From: a virus
DNA: 64,000 nucleotides
Virus record (IMG/VR): IMGVR_UViG_3300033047_000016
Reading direction: 5' to 3' (one strand)
Below the pieces are notes generated by a model. It worked only from the letters and a program-made list of their open reading frames with translations. It was not told the origin of the DNA and did no database searches. Below are positions 18,595-28,386 of the stretch, in pieces; position 1 is the stretch's first letter, and each line of letters opens with the position of its first letter. The position numbers and the translations under genes were made by a program.

Positions 18595-19752
18595 TTAGCT
18601 TGCGGCCCAGACGTGCGGGATTACTTTGTTGGCAATATCTGCCTTGTCTTGTTCTGTGATACTTCCTGCCGAAACAAGACTCTGCACCAATCCATCAATC
18701 ACTACAGTACATCCGGGGCCTGAATTATCCACCAGTTGACATATACCACGCACAACGATAGTGCCAGAGGTACACGTAGAATCCAACACAACACGACCAC
18801 TCAGCATGTCAATACTGGCGTTGTTACCTGCGGAGAAGTTTTGTAGTTCTAACCCACCAGTATAATTTCGTACACTGACTGAGCAATTAGCTCCATTGAC
18901 GTCAATAACAGGCGTCCCGGTTCCCGCTACATCGGACACACATTGTATAAAACGTACTGGCACCACTGCGGTAGAATTAATGGTTATTGGTCCAGCGATT
19001 GCACACTCATACATGAACCCCTTAAAGTCACTCAAAGCATTAATTTGGCATTTATTGAATTCGCCTTGACCTGTTAGAGTGCCTGATACTGACAGGCTAC
19101 TGAATGACGTCTTATCGGTAGATGATCCAACCGTTAGAATCATGCTAGAGTCTAGGGGAGAATCCCCCACAAACACCGCGTTATCGGCTACGTCTGTTGC
19201 TGAAAACACCACGGCACCAAACACGGAAAAGCGGCGTAGTTTCTGTTTCGTTGCAATTATAAATGCGTCAGGATAGTTGTTAACTGGATCAGTTGGGGTG
19301 CCACGAGGAAACGACGTTCCAGACAGCCCATTATCAATGTCTATGTAAACGGACGCGTTGATGAATGATTGGCTATTTATCTGCTCAGAAAATGTCAAAC
19401 CGGCAGAGTTCGCAGAACGTATAGACACTTGGTTAACGTTTGTAACGTCGCCAATATTCGAGTTTGCTCCAACCAAGTTAACAGCATACTGGCCGTCTTC
19501 AAACGTGACCGTATATCCGTTGATAATTTCTACTACACGAGCCAACGTAACCCCACCAACAGTTACCGGTGGGTTGTGGTTGTGTGTGTTGCTGTATACA
19601 ATGCCCTCTGCCTCATCCTCTAAGTCTTTCAAGATGAGGCGAAAACCGTCGATATCGAGTTGGCGAATCTCTGTTGGGGCCGCTTGCACCAGTAAGGTGT
19701 CGGCTTTAGGTATATTGATAACTTTGGTGGGCCAGTTGACAGTTATCGCCAT
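18595..19752 (-). CDS. virion structural protein with beta-helix-like C-terminus
   Basis: Long beta-rich ORF in the structural operon. Confidence 0.65.
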   Translation of the reverse strand: MAITVNWPTKVINIPKADTLLVQAAPTEIRQLDIDGFRLILKDLEDEAEGIVYSNTHNHNPPVTVGGVTLARVVEIINGYTVTFEDGQYAVNLVGANSNIGDVTNVNQVSIRSANSAGLTFSEQINSQSFINASVYIDIDNGLSGTSFPRGTPTDPVNNYPDAFIIATKQKLRRFSVFGAVVFSATDVADNAVFVGDSPLDSSMILTVGSSTDKTSFSSLSVSGTLTGQGEFNKCQINALSDFKGFMYECAIAGPITINSTAVVPVRFIQCVSDVAGTGTPVIDVNGANCSVSVRNYTGGLELQNFSAGNNASIDMLSGRVVLDSTCTSGTIVVRGICQLVDNSGPGCTVVIDGLVQSLVSAGSITEQDKADIANKVIPHVWAAS

Positions 19753-19755
19753 GAC

Positions 19756-19974
19756 TTATGCTGTTGACCCCCCAGTATGGACCATTGCAGTTAGAAGATT
19801 AACACGCCCAGTAAGCGCTTGAATTTGTGCGTTTGCCATTGCTAAGGCGCGTTCATTTGCCACAAGTTTCTTGTGCATATTGTGGTATTGTTTATCAATA
19901 CGCTTTTGTGCTTCGTTCAACGCAACAATGTTGTTGCGGTTGATTATATCTTGTTCACTTAGTACAGCCATCAT
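19756..19974 (-). CDS. small coiled-coil hypothetical protein
   Basis: Translationally coupled ORF in the operon. Confidence 0.6.
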   Translation of the reverse strand: MMAVLSEQDIINRNNIVALNEAQKRIDKQYHNMHKKLVANERALAMANAQIQALTGRVNLLTAMVHTGGSTA

Positions 19975-21560
19975 TCATCCAATATCTGATTTACCGTGAC
20001 AGAGAATCCTTGGTCTGTCAACGTTCCCGTGGTCTCGTATGTGACATAGTACGGGGGTGGGGTCGTAGAGTTGCGTACACGTACCTGAAGGGCCTTATCC
20101 GCTGTGTAGTTTACCGTCTGAGAAAATGTGGTGGTGGCCTCAATCTGGTTAAACAACACAATGGAATCCGTGGTGTTCTCAATGAATACGCGACTTCCGG
20201 CGATTAGTCCAGTCAAAGTTATTGTAACGGAGTTATTTACAGTGACGGTTCCTGCGGAAGAATTTCGAATGATCGCTTCTGCAATGTTGCCACCATTGAT
20301 AACGTTGAGCACCAAGTTGCCCGTCCCACCTGCCGGATTAAAATGGATCGCGGCGTCAGTGCCTGTTCCAGAATATCCGGTAAATGTGTTGTTGTCAAAC
20401 GTGTATGTTCCGGCGGTGTCTATTTCAATAGCGTGACCGGTACCGGCAGACACAAAGGTGCTGTCGGTTATAAGATTTGGCGTATCAGACAACAGTGCCG
20501 GAGTTACTGCGCTGGCTTCTACCAATATGTCGGTAATGTCTGCGCCATTCTGAGTCACCAATTCAGTGCCACGAAAAGTGGTGCCAATAATGGTGGTGCT
20601 TGCTTGGAACGTGCTGGGGCCAATGCCTGTGAATGTCCCTGTTGTCAGATTGAATGTAGGGTCATTGGCGTCAACAATTACGCGACCTTTGTTGGTCGTC
20701 CCAAGTGCCGTCAAAGATACGTTAGTCCAGTTGCATACGGTACTTGCGTGATCAATAATAATCTGGCTGAAGTCGCTGGCTGCATGTATGGTATCAGCAA
20801 AAGAGATAGATACGTCTGAGACTTCAAATCTGGCGAGTGTCGCTGTGCCTGCGTTGTTTCTCCCAATGGCAAACGTGCCTTGAAGTTCAAAACCAGCACC
20901 ACTGGCTGTAAGGATTCCCCAGCGATTTGTTACGTTGTCGCTGTCTATAGAAAAGTCTGCAAAGTTGCATGGATCATCACTAGCGTCACCAGCCGAGATA
21001 AGTTCTCCGGCGGTGAGGAAACCACCAAGACCATAGCGCATAGCGTCGATGCCGACGTTTGCACCCTTGACCGATGCCGTGGTATTCAATCCACCACCAA
21101 AAACTTGCGGGTTGGCTGCTGGGGTTCCGGTTAGCGTTCTGTAAGGCTCTGCGGCGTTTGCCGTACGCAGCGCATAATCTATCGGGTAGCAACGTGCAAC
21201 ACGGCCACCGGCACCGTAGGTGTCATTACCTTCCACGTGGTACTGGCAATAAGCGCCAGTCGCTGACCCAATCAAGACAGAAGCACCCTTCAGAGCGCGT
21301 GTATCGGTCAGTCCGGGCGTAGCTGCAAAATGCCATATCCACACGTGATCGCCAGCACCGAGTGTTATCCCCGCACCGTTATCGAACATTAAGCCTTTAT
21401 CAGCATTTGTTATCTGTTTGTCTACGCAATTTGTTCCTTGCATGGACAAGTCTGGTGATGCCGACAATCCGGCACCACCGCCACCATAGGCAACAAAGCC
21501 CGTGGTAGCCTCAGAAAGAGTGATGTCTGTTAAGTCTTCAGTGTAGCTTGGTACCGCCAT
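19971..21560 (-). CDS. virion structural protein (beta-helix-like; possible fibre)
   Basis: Thr/Gly-rich 529-aa ORF in the structural operon. Confidence 0.65.
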   Translation of the reverse strand: MAVPSYTEDLTDITLSEATTGFVAYGGGGAGLSASPDLSMQGTNCVDKQITNADKGLMFDNGAGITLGAGDHVWIWHFAATPGLTDTRALKGASVLIGSATGAYCQYHVEGNDTYGAGGRVARCYPIDYALRTANAAEPYRTLTGTPAANPQVFGGGLNTTASVKGANVGIDAMRYGLGGFLTAGELISAGDASDDPCNFADFSIDSDNVTNRWGILTASGAGFELQGTFAIGRNNAGTATLARFEVSDVSISFADTIHAASDFSQIIIDHASTVCNWTNVSLTALGTTNKGRVIVDANDPTFNLTTGTFTGIGPSTFQASTTIIGTTFRGTELVTQNGADITDILVEASAVTPALLSDTPNLITDSTFVSAGTGHAIEIDTAGTYTFDNNTFTGYSGTGTDAAIHFNPAGGTGNLVLNVINGGNIAEAIIRNSSAGTVTVNNSVTITLTGLIAGSRVFIENTTDSIVLFNQIEATTTFSQTVNYTADKALQVRVRNSTTPPPYYVTYETTGTLTDQGFSVTVNQILDE

Positions 21561-21581
21561 AACAATTACCTTCCATAGCTA

Positions 21582-23345
21582 TTAAGCGTCGGAAGTACGA
21601 ATTGCTGTTGACGACCCGCCTGATCCACCTAGAACACCCGTGGTTTCGAATGTCTTGATCGGTGAGGCCCCACCATCCCGGACGCGAATGAACAAGCCCA
21701 AATCCGCCAGATACACTGAGGTAAATGATTCAGAAGTGGCCCCTGCCAACTTGTCGATATATGTGACATATACATTGACGCCTGCGGTGGCAGAGTCAAG
21801 CTCATCTGCACCGGAGAAGTCTGCCGATGTAATGGTGAAGGTTGACCCTGTGTATGACGTATATGTCAACAGCCTGTCAAAACCAGAGTCATTAACAACA
21901 CGTAGCGTTCCCGCCGCTGGTGTGTCGGTAGGAATTGCTGCCGTAGTGACGACTGCGGTTTCCGTACCAGTAATAAGTGTGGTGTTTAGCGACAGTTGTG
22001 CTTTGTCAATGGCTGAAGCATTGTCTTTTGTAACAAGAATTCTGTCTTCACCAACGACCAGACCTGAAACCGTGAACGTTACATTGTTCGGCGGGGTCCG
22101 CTGTGTATTGTCTAAGTCGAACAATGTGTCGGATGCTGTGAGGTCAGTATCAAGAATACCAAGACCATACGAACCAATGATCGCAGAACCGGTCGAGGCT
22201 CCAACAAACGGCGTTGACAAAGAACGAGAAGTGACTGTAATATTCACCAGCGCCGTAGCAGTGCTTACCCCAGTAATCAATTCGTTGTTTACCGGTGGAA
22301 TACCTGACAACAATTGAATCCACATCTTAGTACCGGCAGTGACACTGTCAATTGCCAGCAATTGTCCAGTACCATTTGGCCACGATACTGCCTCTGGCTC
22401 AACAAACGTGCCAGTAGGTGTGTCAATTTCGACCTCGTGCGTGATACCCCGGAACAGGTCACCAGTCAAGCCGTACAGCGTTTCAGCGGTACCACGACGA
22501 GAGGCCCACTTGAGGCGCTCGTAGAAGTCGTTGATGGTCTGTGTGCCGACGGTCCAGTTCGAGTAGTAGAATTCGTTTACAGTGTCGCCCGTAACGTCAA
22601 TCGCGCTGTAGCCTTCATTACTGTTTACAACAGACGTCCACGTCGCCACGGTTACAGCGGCGGTTTGGTTGTTAAGGTCAGTCGCGCTGTAGCCTTCATT
22701 ACTGTTTACAACAGACGTCCACGTCGCCACGGTTACAGCGGCGGTTTGGTTGTTAAGGTCAGTCGCTTCAGACAGGGCCAAAACGTTGTTGCCTCGGGAA
22801 GTACCGTTGATTGAGAATTCGCCGAATGTGAACAAGAATTCACGGTTGAGTCCAAGCAGACGTCGCCCATCAATATCCGTACCAGCGGTACGCGTCTTGA
22901 CCATGAATCTGTGTGAAATTCCTGCCGCAGCGTCGGCATTGAATCCGGCAGGGGTTAGGTCATTCCAAAAGTCATTTGCCAATACGGCACCGTCTTGGTG
23001 GATGATGATGAATACTGGATTACCAAAGTTTACGATACCATCCCAAATGTCGTCGCCACCCGTTTGGATGATCGAGCCATCATAAAGATGCTCAGCCGAC
23101 GTCTGGTCAATGTTATAACCATTCAGGAGCGTGATGATGTTATCAGTCGAACGGTCTGACGGCGTCAGAGACGAAATGTCAAGCAGATCATCGCCAGCCG
23201 CCAAGGCGTCGTCAGCAAAGTCTTGCAGCGCTCTGTGAAATTCGATAACTGTCGCATAGGTCGGTGAACCGCCTGTGTGTGCGTTACCGATGTAACGAAT
23301 GTCCCCATTCGTGCCAATGGTCCAGTCTAGTGCGTCAAAAGCCAT
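21582..23345 (-). CDS. virion structural protein (possible fibre) with a 27-aa tandem duplication
   Basis: 587-aa Thr/Gly-rich ORF. Confidence 0.65.
   Translation of the reverse strand: MAFDALDWTIGTNGDIRYIGNAHTGGSPTYATVIEFHRALQDFADDALAAGDDLLDISSLTPSDRSTDNIITLLNGYNIDQTSAEHLYDGSIIQTGGDDIWDGIVNFGNPVFIIIHQDGAVLANDFWNDLTPAGFNADAAAGISHRFMVKTRTAGTDIDGRRLLGLNREFLFTFGEFSINGTSRGNNVLALSEATDLNNQTAAVTVATWTSVVNSNEGYSATDLNNQTAAVTVATWTSVVNSNEGYSAIDVTGDTVNEFYYSNWTVGTQTINDFYERLKWASRRGTAETLYGLTGDLFRGITHEVEIDTPTGTFVEPEAVSWPNGTGQLLAIDSVTAGTKMWIQLLSGIPPVNNELITGVSTATALVNITVTSRSLSTPFVGASTGSAIIGSYGLGILDTDLTASDTLFDLDNTQRTPPNNVTFTVSGLVVGEDRILVTKDNASAIDKAQLSLNTTLITGTETAVVTTAAIPTDTPAAGTLRVVNDSGFDRLLTYTSYTGSTFTITSADFSGADELDSATAGVNVYVTYIDKLAGATSESFTSVYLADLGLFIRVRDGGASPIKTFETTGVLGGSGGSSTAIRTSDA
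22601..22766. repeat. exact 81-bp tandem duplication
   Basis: 22601-22681 is identical to 22682-22762, plus TCGC microhomology; in frame (27 aa). Confidence 0.95.
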
Positions 23346-23351
23346 AGTGTG

Positions 23352-23858
23352 TCAAACCTTCTCTGTTGTCACCCGTGTGAGGGTATCGTTTGTGTAAGAC
23401 AGTATTTTTCTGTGCCCAGTGTAGTCTTCGTCTACTTGGATAAGCACGTCATTGCCGTCATATGTTAATATTGTCACGTCCCCGGATTCGCGGGTGACAC
23501 TCGTCAGGTTTCCGCCGGTATATGCTAGAATCCGGTCGTCAAGCCTTTGGTATTTTATCGGAGATATTTCGTACTCGAACGCAACCACTATCGGCCCGTC
23601 AATAGCACCACCAACTATAGAAGTTCCCCACATCGAGTCGGTCGGTGTAGTGAATACGCCGTCAACACCAAACAAGGTACTTACAGGCTGGTTATCGCTA
23701 AGAACCGAAAGGTTCAGTGCGTCAGATACCCTAGCGTCAATAATAACATCAGGGGCCGCTTCGTTGTCAAAAGAAAGCGCCTCTTCAGCAACCAAATAAA
23801 AAGTCGCTTCAGACTCTGCAACAACCCCCATACGGTTTTGGGGGTCGAAACCACTCAC
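23352..23858 (-). CDS. hypothetical structural protein with YD-like C-terminal strands
   Basis: Coupled ORF; LAYTGGNLTSV / LTYDGNDVLIQV / LSYTNDTLTRV repeats. Confidence 0.6.
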   Translation of the reverse strand: MSGFDPQNRMGVVAESEATFYLVAEEALSFDNEAAPDVIIDARVSDALNLSVLSDNQPVSTLFGVDGVFTTPTDSMWGTSIVGGAIDGPIVVAFEYEISPIKYQRLDDRILAYTGGNLTSVTRESGDVTILTYDGNDVLIQVDEDYTGHRKILSYTNDTLTRVTTEKV

Positions 23859-24262
23859 TTAACTTTAAACTCTAAAGTTCCGATACCGAAACTAAGAGTG
23901 TCTCCGATGGGTGCCGTTCTAGGAGAAGCAAGGTCCCCTTTGAATATCATGTTGCCCAAATTATCGAACACTGCCGCCGCAACTACCGTTGGCCATATTG
24001 TAGTCGATACTGGGCCAAAAATCAAGGCTATGTCGTTCGCAATTCTTGTGCCTGCATTTTCTGTATGCACGGGTGCGCCGAATGTTATTGCCTGTCTGGA
24101 ATAGCCATGCAACACGTTTGGTTCCGCTAGGCTACTGCCATCGTCGTTTATGCTTGCTGTGCTCAGTGCAACTTCTAACGTTACCGGAGCCGTAGGCATA
24201 TCCGTTCCGCGTATCCATGCGGCGATTTGCCCCTGCACATATGTACTAAATCCTGCTGCCAT
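23855..24262 (-). CDS. phage fibre-related structural protein
   Basis: YSRQAITF...ALIFGP...VFD..GNMIFKG motif typical of small phage tail/fibre proteins. Confidence 0.65.
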   Translation of the reverse strand: MAAGFSTYVQGQIAAWIRGTDMPTAPVTLEVALSTASINDDGSSLAEPNVLHGYSRQAITFGAPVHTENAGTRIANDIALIFGPVSTTIWPTVVAAAVFDNLGNMIFKGDLASPRTAPIGDTLSFGIGTLEFKVK

Positions 24263-24273
24263 GTCTAGTTACC

Positions 24274-24555
24274 TCACTGCTTGGTGAACCAGATGGTGCC
24301 ATCAATTTCTGCTGAGTCTCTGATGTACGATAGAGATTCCCCAGAATTAATCTTCACCAATTCCGGGTGTAGGGAATTAACGGGCATTTCCGTTGCGTCC
24401 GCCGTGGGAGTACCACGGGCGACCACAATGTGCATGAGTCTGTTTGAAAATACACGATACAATGCCGGAGCACTGACGGTCGGGGCAAAGTTGCCCGACA
24501 CGTTAGTTAGCGCGGCGCTGGTAGTGTCTGTCGCAGAAAGTTGATGATCTGACAT
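24274..24555 (-). CDS. small structural protein
   Basis: Beta-rich ORF with SD in the operon. Confidence 0.55.
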   Translation of the reverse strand: MSDHQLSATDTTSAALTNVSGNFAPTVSAPALYRVFSNRLMHIVVARGTPTADATEMPVNSLHPELVKINSGESLSYIRDSAEIDGTIWFTKQ

Positions 24556-24581
24556 CTGTATCCCTCAAATTTGCCTATGGA

Positions 24582-25187
24582 TTAGGCTTCGGAAACTACC
24601 TGCGCATCATTTTCGGCTTCGACAATCTTGACGATAGCCGTTTCTTTTGACGCGCGGTGGTGTACCTTCAGCCCGTACCGCTGCTGTGCCATGTCTCGCA
24701 GATTCTCTTCCGAGAACCCTTCAAGATACTTGACAACATCATCACTGCCTGCTACTCGCATAGCTTGTTCTGCCAAAGGCTCTTTGTTGACGTCAATATC
24801 GGCATCAACGGTTGTTGGTTCGGCTTCGGCAGTGACTGCGGCTTCGGTTGCCTCAATAACGGCGTCCAATGCTGCGGCCTCTTTCGACCCTTCTGGGTTG
24901 TTCCAGAAATACTTTTCAGAATTAACCATATCGCGGGCGTTGGCTTGCGACATTTCATATTCTTTGCCGTCTGCGTCATAAATGACTACGGTTTTTGCGG
25001 TTGGGTCAGCGGGTCCGTCGGCTTCTGGTCGATCTGCCTTTACGTCAACTGACTTCCAGTAATGTTTTCCGCCGCGCACTAAGTCAATAGCGTTAAGGCG
25101 TGTTACAACCAACTCTTTCCCGTCGTCGTCAAAAACGACAACAGTGTCGATTGCGGAATTTCTGCTGTGTGATGGTGCGTTAGCCAT
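24582..25187 (-). CDS. hypothetical protein with two ~30-aa repeats
   Basis: VFDDDGKELVVTRLNAIDLV / IYDADGKEYEMSQANARDMV. Confidence 0.65.
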   Translation of the reverse strand: MANAPSHSRNSAIDTVVVFDDDGKELVVTRLNAIDLVRGGKHYWKSVDVKADRPEADGPADPTAKTVVIYDADGKEYEMSQANARDMVNSEKYFWNNPEGSKEAAALDAVIEATEAAVTAEAEPTTVDADIDVNKEPLAEQAMRVAGSDDVVKYLEGFSEENLRDMAQQRYGLKVHHRASKETAIVKIVEAENDAQVVSEA

Positions 25188-25220
25188 AAGGTCGGGTCTC
25201 CGGCTTGTGTGTGTTAATAT

Positions 25221-25245
25221 AAAAAGGGGCGGCGTTAGCCGCCCC
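25221..25245 (-). terminator. intrinsic terminator after the capsid genes
   Basis: GGGGCGGC-TAAC-GCCGCCCC followed by a T-run on the minus strand. Confidence 0.8.
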
Positions 25246-25272
25246 TCAAACTGTGTGTTGATCCACTACGGA

Positions 25273-25710
25273 TTAACCGTGGCGGTCGTATGCGATCCAA
25301 GAACTGAACGTTACGGACGGTGTGGTACCGCCGACGGTCAGAGTCAGGCCCATTGCTTCGCGATCAGCGGAAAGCTTTTCAGCCGTGTGCGCGTCGATCT
25401 TGATAACATATTGGCCAGTGCCGACTGCGGAAACCGCGCCTGCAACAACTGCGCCACCCAAACCGGTCGGGCCAATCTTGACCTCGAACAAGTAGGTTTC
25501 GTCGGCGTCTGCGGTGTCAAGTGCTTCGATAGCAATGACGATTGCATAGCCTTCTGCGCCAAGATGATTCTTCTGGTCGCCTTCGCGAGCATTGACCATC
25601 TTGTCCAGAGCGAATTCACCAATGTCTGCGGTTGCAGTTAGTGCTACCGATCCGGGTGCCCGGAATGCGGTGTCGGCTTCATAAATGTAGCTTACTTCAG
25701 AGCGTGCCAT
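25273..25710 (-). CDS. minor capsid / decoration protein
   Basis: Directly after the major capsid gene, strong SD, beta-rich. Confidence 0.65.
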   Translation of the reverse strand: MARSEVSYIYEADTAFRAPGSVALTATADIGEFALDKMVNAREGDQKNHLGAEGYAIVIAIEALDTADADETYLFEVKIGPTGLGGAVVAGAVSAVGTGQYVIKIDAHTAEKLSADREAMGLTLTVGGTTPSVTFSSWIAYDRHG

Positions 25711-25792
25711 TTTTTGTATTCTCCTAAATTAGGTCTGTGACCTTCTGAGGGTTTGTGGTGGAGGTTAGCTCAACCGCTAACCCCCAGAGTTA

Positions 25793-26719
25793 TCACTTGA
25801 CGACTGCTGCGTTGGCGATGCCACGCAGACGTGATGCAGCGCGACCGTGCATGACAGCCATTCCGACCAGCCATTCGACACGAGTACGGAGGACAGGTGC
25901 ACTTTGCAGTTCACCAAGGTCACGTACTTCCATCATGCCGTTTTGCAGGCCAACAACACCTTCGTCGGACATGTTGACACAGTAGATGGACGTTGCAGTA
26001 GCGGTTGCGCCACCAGCACCAACTTCGTCAAAGGAGACGATCTGGTTACCCTGTGCATCGTAGTCAATGACTACAATTGGCAGGCCATCAAATTGTGTTA
26101 CACGACGACCGAATTCGTCCTGTGCGAAGGTGATATAACCACCGATGTTCGGATCAGTTGCGGCTGCGGAAAGCAGGTTACGCATCTTCTTCGACATAAT
26201 CAGGTGTGTGGGATCATCCACTTGGTCAATCAGGTCACGCAGATTGCTGATCTTCAGTGCGTCGCCGCCGTCTGTTGCACCGTTTTCCAGAAGCTGGTCG
26301 CCTTGGATACGGATACGCAGGCCGTCAAACTCACGAGGATCGGCGGTGGAGTCACCGTTGATCATCTTTGCGCCGATGGTCAGGGACAATGCCTTGACTT
26401 TCTTCAGTTCATGTGCACCACGGACATCCTCAGACGTCATTTTCAGCGTTGCCAGATCGACGTCAAGATCGCCACCTGAGATACGCAGACGCTCAGTCTC
26501 CGGGTTCATGATTCCAGCCGATGCGGTATATCCTTCACCGACACCACGGAATGCTACGCCCGGAAGGCTACCTTCCATGTTGTATACATACGCGCCACCA
26601 TCCACATTCAGGAATTGGGTGACTCGCAGCAGGTCGCTCGTGCGAGCGAAATGCTCAATAACAGTGTTCCGCAGAACTTCGCCTGAGTTGAGCTTAGAGG
26701 CTTCAAACAGAGTAATCAC
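25793..26719 (-). CDS. major capsid protein
   Basis: ITLFEASK..YVYNMEGSLPGVAFRGVGEGY..INGDS..PREFDGL..RTRVEW..HGRAASRLRGI; HK97-fold, CbK-type. Confidence 0.92.
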   Translation of the reverse strand: MITLFEASKLNSGEVLRNTVIEHFARTSDLLRVTQFLNVDGGAYVYNMEGSLPGVAFRGVGEGYTASAGIMNPETERLRISGGDLDVDLATLKMTSEDVRGAHELKKVKALSLTIGAKMINGDSTADPREFDGLRIRIQGDQLLENGATDGGDALKISNLRDLIDQVDDPTHLIMSKKMRNLLSAAATDPNIGGYITFAQDEFGRRVTQFDGLPIVVIDYDAQGNQIVSFDEVGAGGATATATSIYCVNMSDEGVVGLQNGMMEVRDLGELQSAPVLRTRVEWLVGMAVMHGRAASRLRGIANAAVVK

Positions 26720-26904
26720 TTTCGTGTCTCCTACTTTACGGTTTGCTTTACTTCAAATTTTGGTACGGGCAGTGAAGCTGGCTCACCGAGCCTTTATTAC
26801 CCTCCAACTCAGCCCAATTAAGTTGAAGGCATTTTAACTAAGAGGCTACTCCGTAATCTCTAGTTATTCGCGGGGCTGTAGGCGTTTCCGCCTACAACGT
26901 TAAT

Positions 26905-27708
26905 TCATGTGAGGCCGTTTGCGCGGGCGTATTTCATACGTTCCGCTGGCTTCATTTTGTCCAACTCAGCGGCGGACAAACGTCCGGTGCTGGTATCAGA
27001 ACTGCCGGATGATCCACCACCCTTGGCACCTTTAAACAGATAGGCGTGCGTCTCACGTTGCTCAAGCAGCCATTCCTTGATCGACTTAGGTGTTACACCA
27101 TCCGATCCGTAAATAACTGTGCCGTCGCTATGCTTCGGCGTAAGCTTCCCATCATCACCAACTCTAAAGGTCGTCAACGCGTTCGGCATAAGCATCGTAA
27201 CCGCGTTTTCGATCATCGCTACGTCCGGGTCAGCGGATGCGATGCGGACTGCATTCTCAACCAGCATGGAGTCTGCCCGTGCTTCGGCTTTGTTCCGTGC
27301 CGTCTTGTGGGCGTCACGATCCTTGGCCATGGTTGCCAACTGGTCTTTCATGTTGTTGGTTACCTCAGTGACGCGCGCCGCAGCCGCTTCTTCAAGGGAG
27401 GTTTCCTCAACCAGTTTGCCGTCCGATACCTTCTTACTGGTATCGCGCAATGCTTCGAGCGTCTTAGCAAAGTCAGACAGCTTGCCTTCTTCAAGGTCAG
27501 GTAGCTGAACGCCGGTGACGCCCTCGTATTGTGCAATTGCCGCTTGAAGAACGTCACGCTCTTTCGTCACAGCAATGTTGTTGTCGCGAAATTCTTTAAT
27601 CTTTCCAGAAGCAGTAACCGAAACTACATACTTACCTTCTTCTTCTTTCGCGGCATCTTGAAGGTCGTCCGGGACCTCCGAAAGACTATCATAAGTGAGT
27701 GTTGCCAT
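26905..27708 (-). CDS. capsid scaffold protein
   Basis: Acidic and helical; EFRDNNI and YLFKGAKGGG; lies between portal and capsid genes. Confidence 0.75.
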   Translation of the reverse strand: MATLTYDSLSEVPDDLQDAAKEEEGKYVVSVTASGKIKEFRDNNIAVTKERDVLQAAIAQYEGVTGVQLPDLEEGKLSDFAKTLEALRDTSKKVSDGKLVEETSLEEAAAARVTEVTNNMKDQLATMAKDRDAHKTARNKAEARADSMLVENAVRIASADPDVAMIENAVTMLMPNALTTFRVGDDGKLTPKHSDGTVIYGSDGVTPKSIKEWLLEQRETHAYLFKGAKGGGSSGSSDTSTGRLSAAELDKMKPAERMKYARANGLT

Positions 27709-27916
27709 CTTTATCTACACACCACCCCGTGGCGCGCCCTTCTTAAGTTAACCTCGACACCGTCGGGGGTGAGAACGGGGAGTTCCCTACTGTGCCAATT
27801 CGTATACTAAATGTCACAAGACACGCATCGTTTTTGGCGTTGATAGTTGAATGTTTAACCCATTGTGCTAAAAATGTCAAGGTCAAGCGTAAAAACGGGT
27901 CACATACAATTTTTAT

Positions 27917-28132
27917 TTAAAGTGTCTCTGGATCGTCGAAAAATCGTTCTGGATCATTGTCGTCACCAAAATGGGCAGCTTTAACTACTTCCGCCGCACT
28001 GACCCCAACCAAGTTTTTCAATTCTTCGAATGTTACTTGGCCATTTGCAAACTCCGCTACGGCGTCCAGCGCATCCGCGTCTAGCTCGTCAAAGTCTGCA
28101 AAGTCTTGATTTATACCACTAATTATTTTCAT
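27917..28132 (-). CDS. hypothetical protein
   Basis: Acidic ORF coupled to the upstream ORF. Confidence 0.5.
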   Translation of the reverse strand: MKIISGINQDFADFDELDADALDAVAEFANGQVTFEELKNLVGVSAAEVVKAAHFGDDNDPERFFDDPETL

Positions 28133-28386
28133 GACGTGGTGCACATAATGGGACCTAATCCCGTTGGGCAGTCATGTCGATTACAACTGTACGACATGGA
28201 CCCTTTCAATTCTATCCCACACTTTGGGCATGTTGGTGAATTCAGCATCGGTGGTGCTGGATATGTTGGTGCCGGATAAAAATCGTCTCGTGGGTGCTCT
28301 AAATAATTATTATGCTTCCGCTGCACCGCAACCAGTTCTTCTAATAGTTCTTCTATGCGCCGTAGCCTATCTGAAAGCTTACTCAT
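28129..28386 (-). CDS. small Zn-ribbon hypothetical protein
   Basis: CPKCG..YSCNRHDCP motif; start overlaps the portal stop. Confidence 0.55.
   Translation of the reverse strand: MSKLSDRLRRIEELLEELVAVQRKHNNYLEHPRDDFYPAPTYPAPPMLNSPTCPKCGIELKGSMSYSCNRHDCPTGLGPIMCTTS

Noticed and set aside
22601-22766. Diversity-generating retroelement TR/VR pair
   Set aside because: The copies are adjacent and identical, with no adenine-specific differences and no reverse transcriptase in the window.
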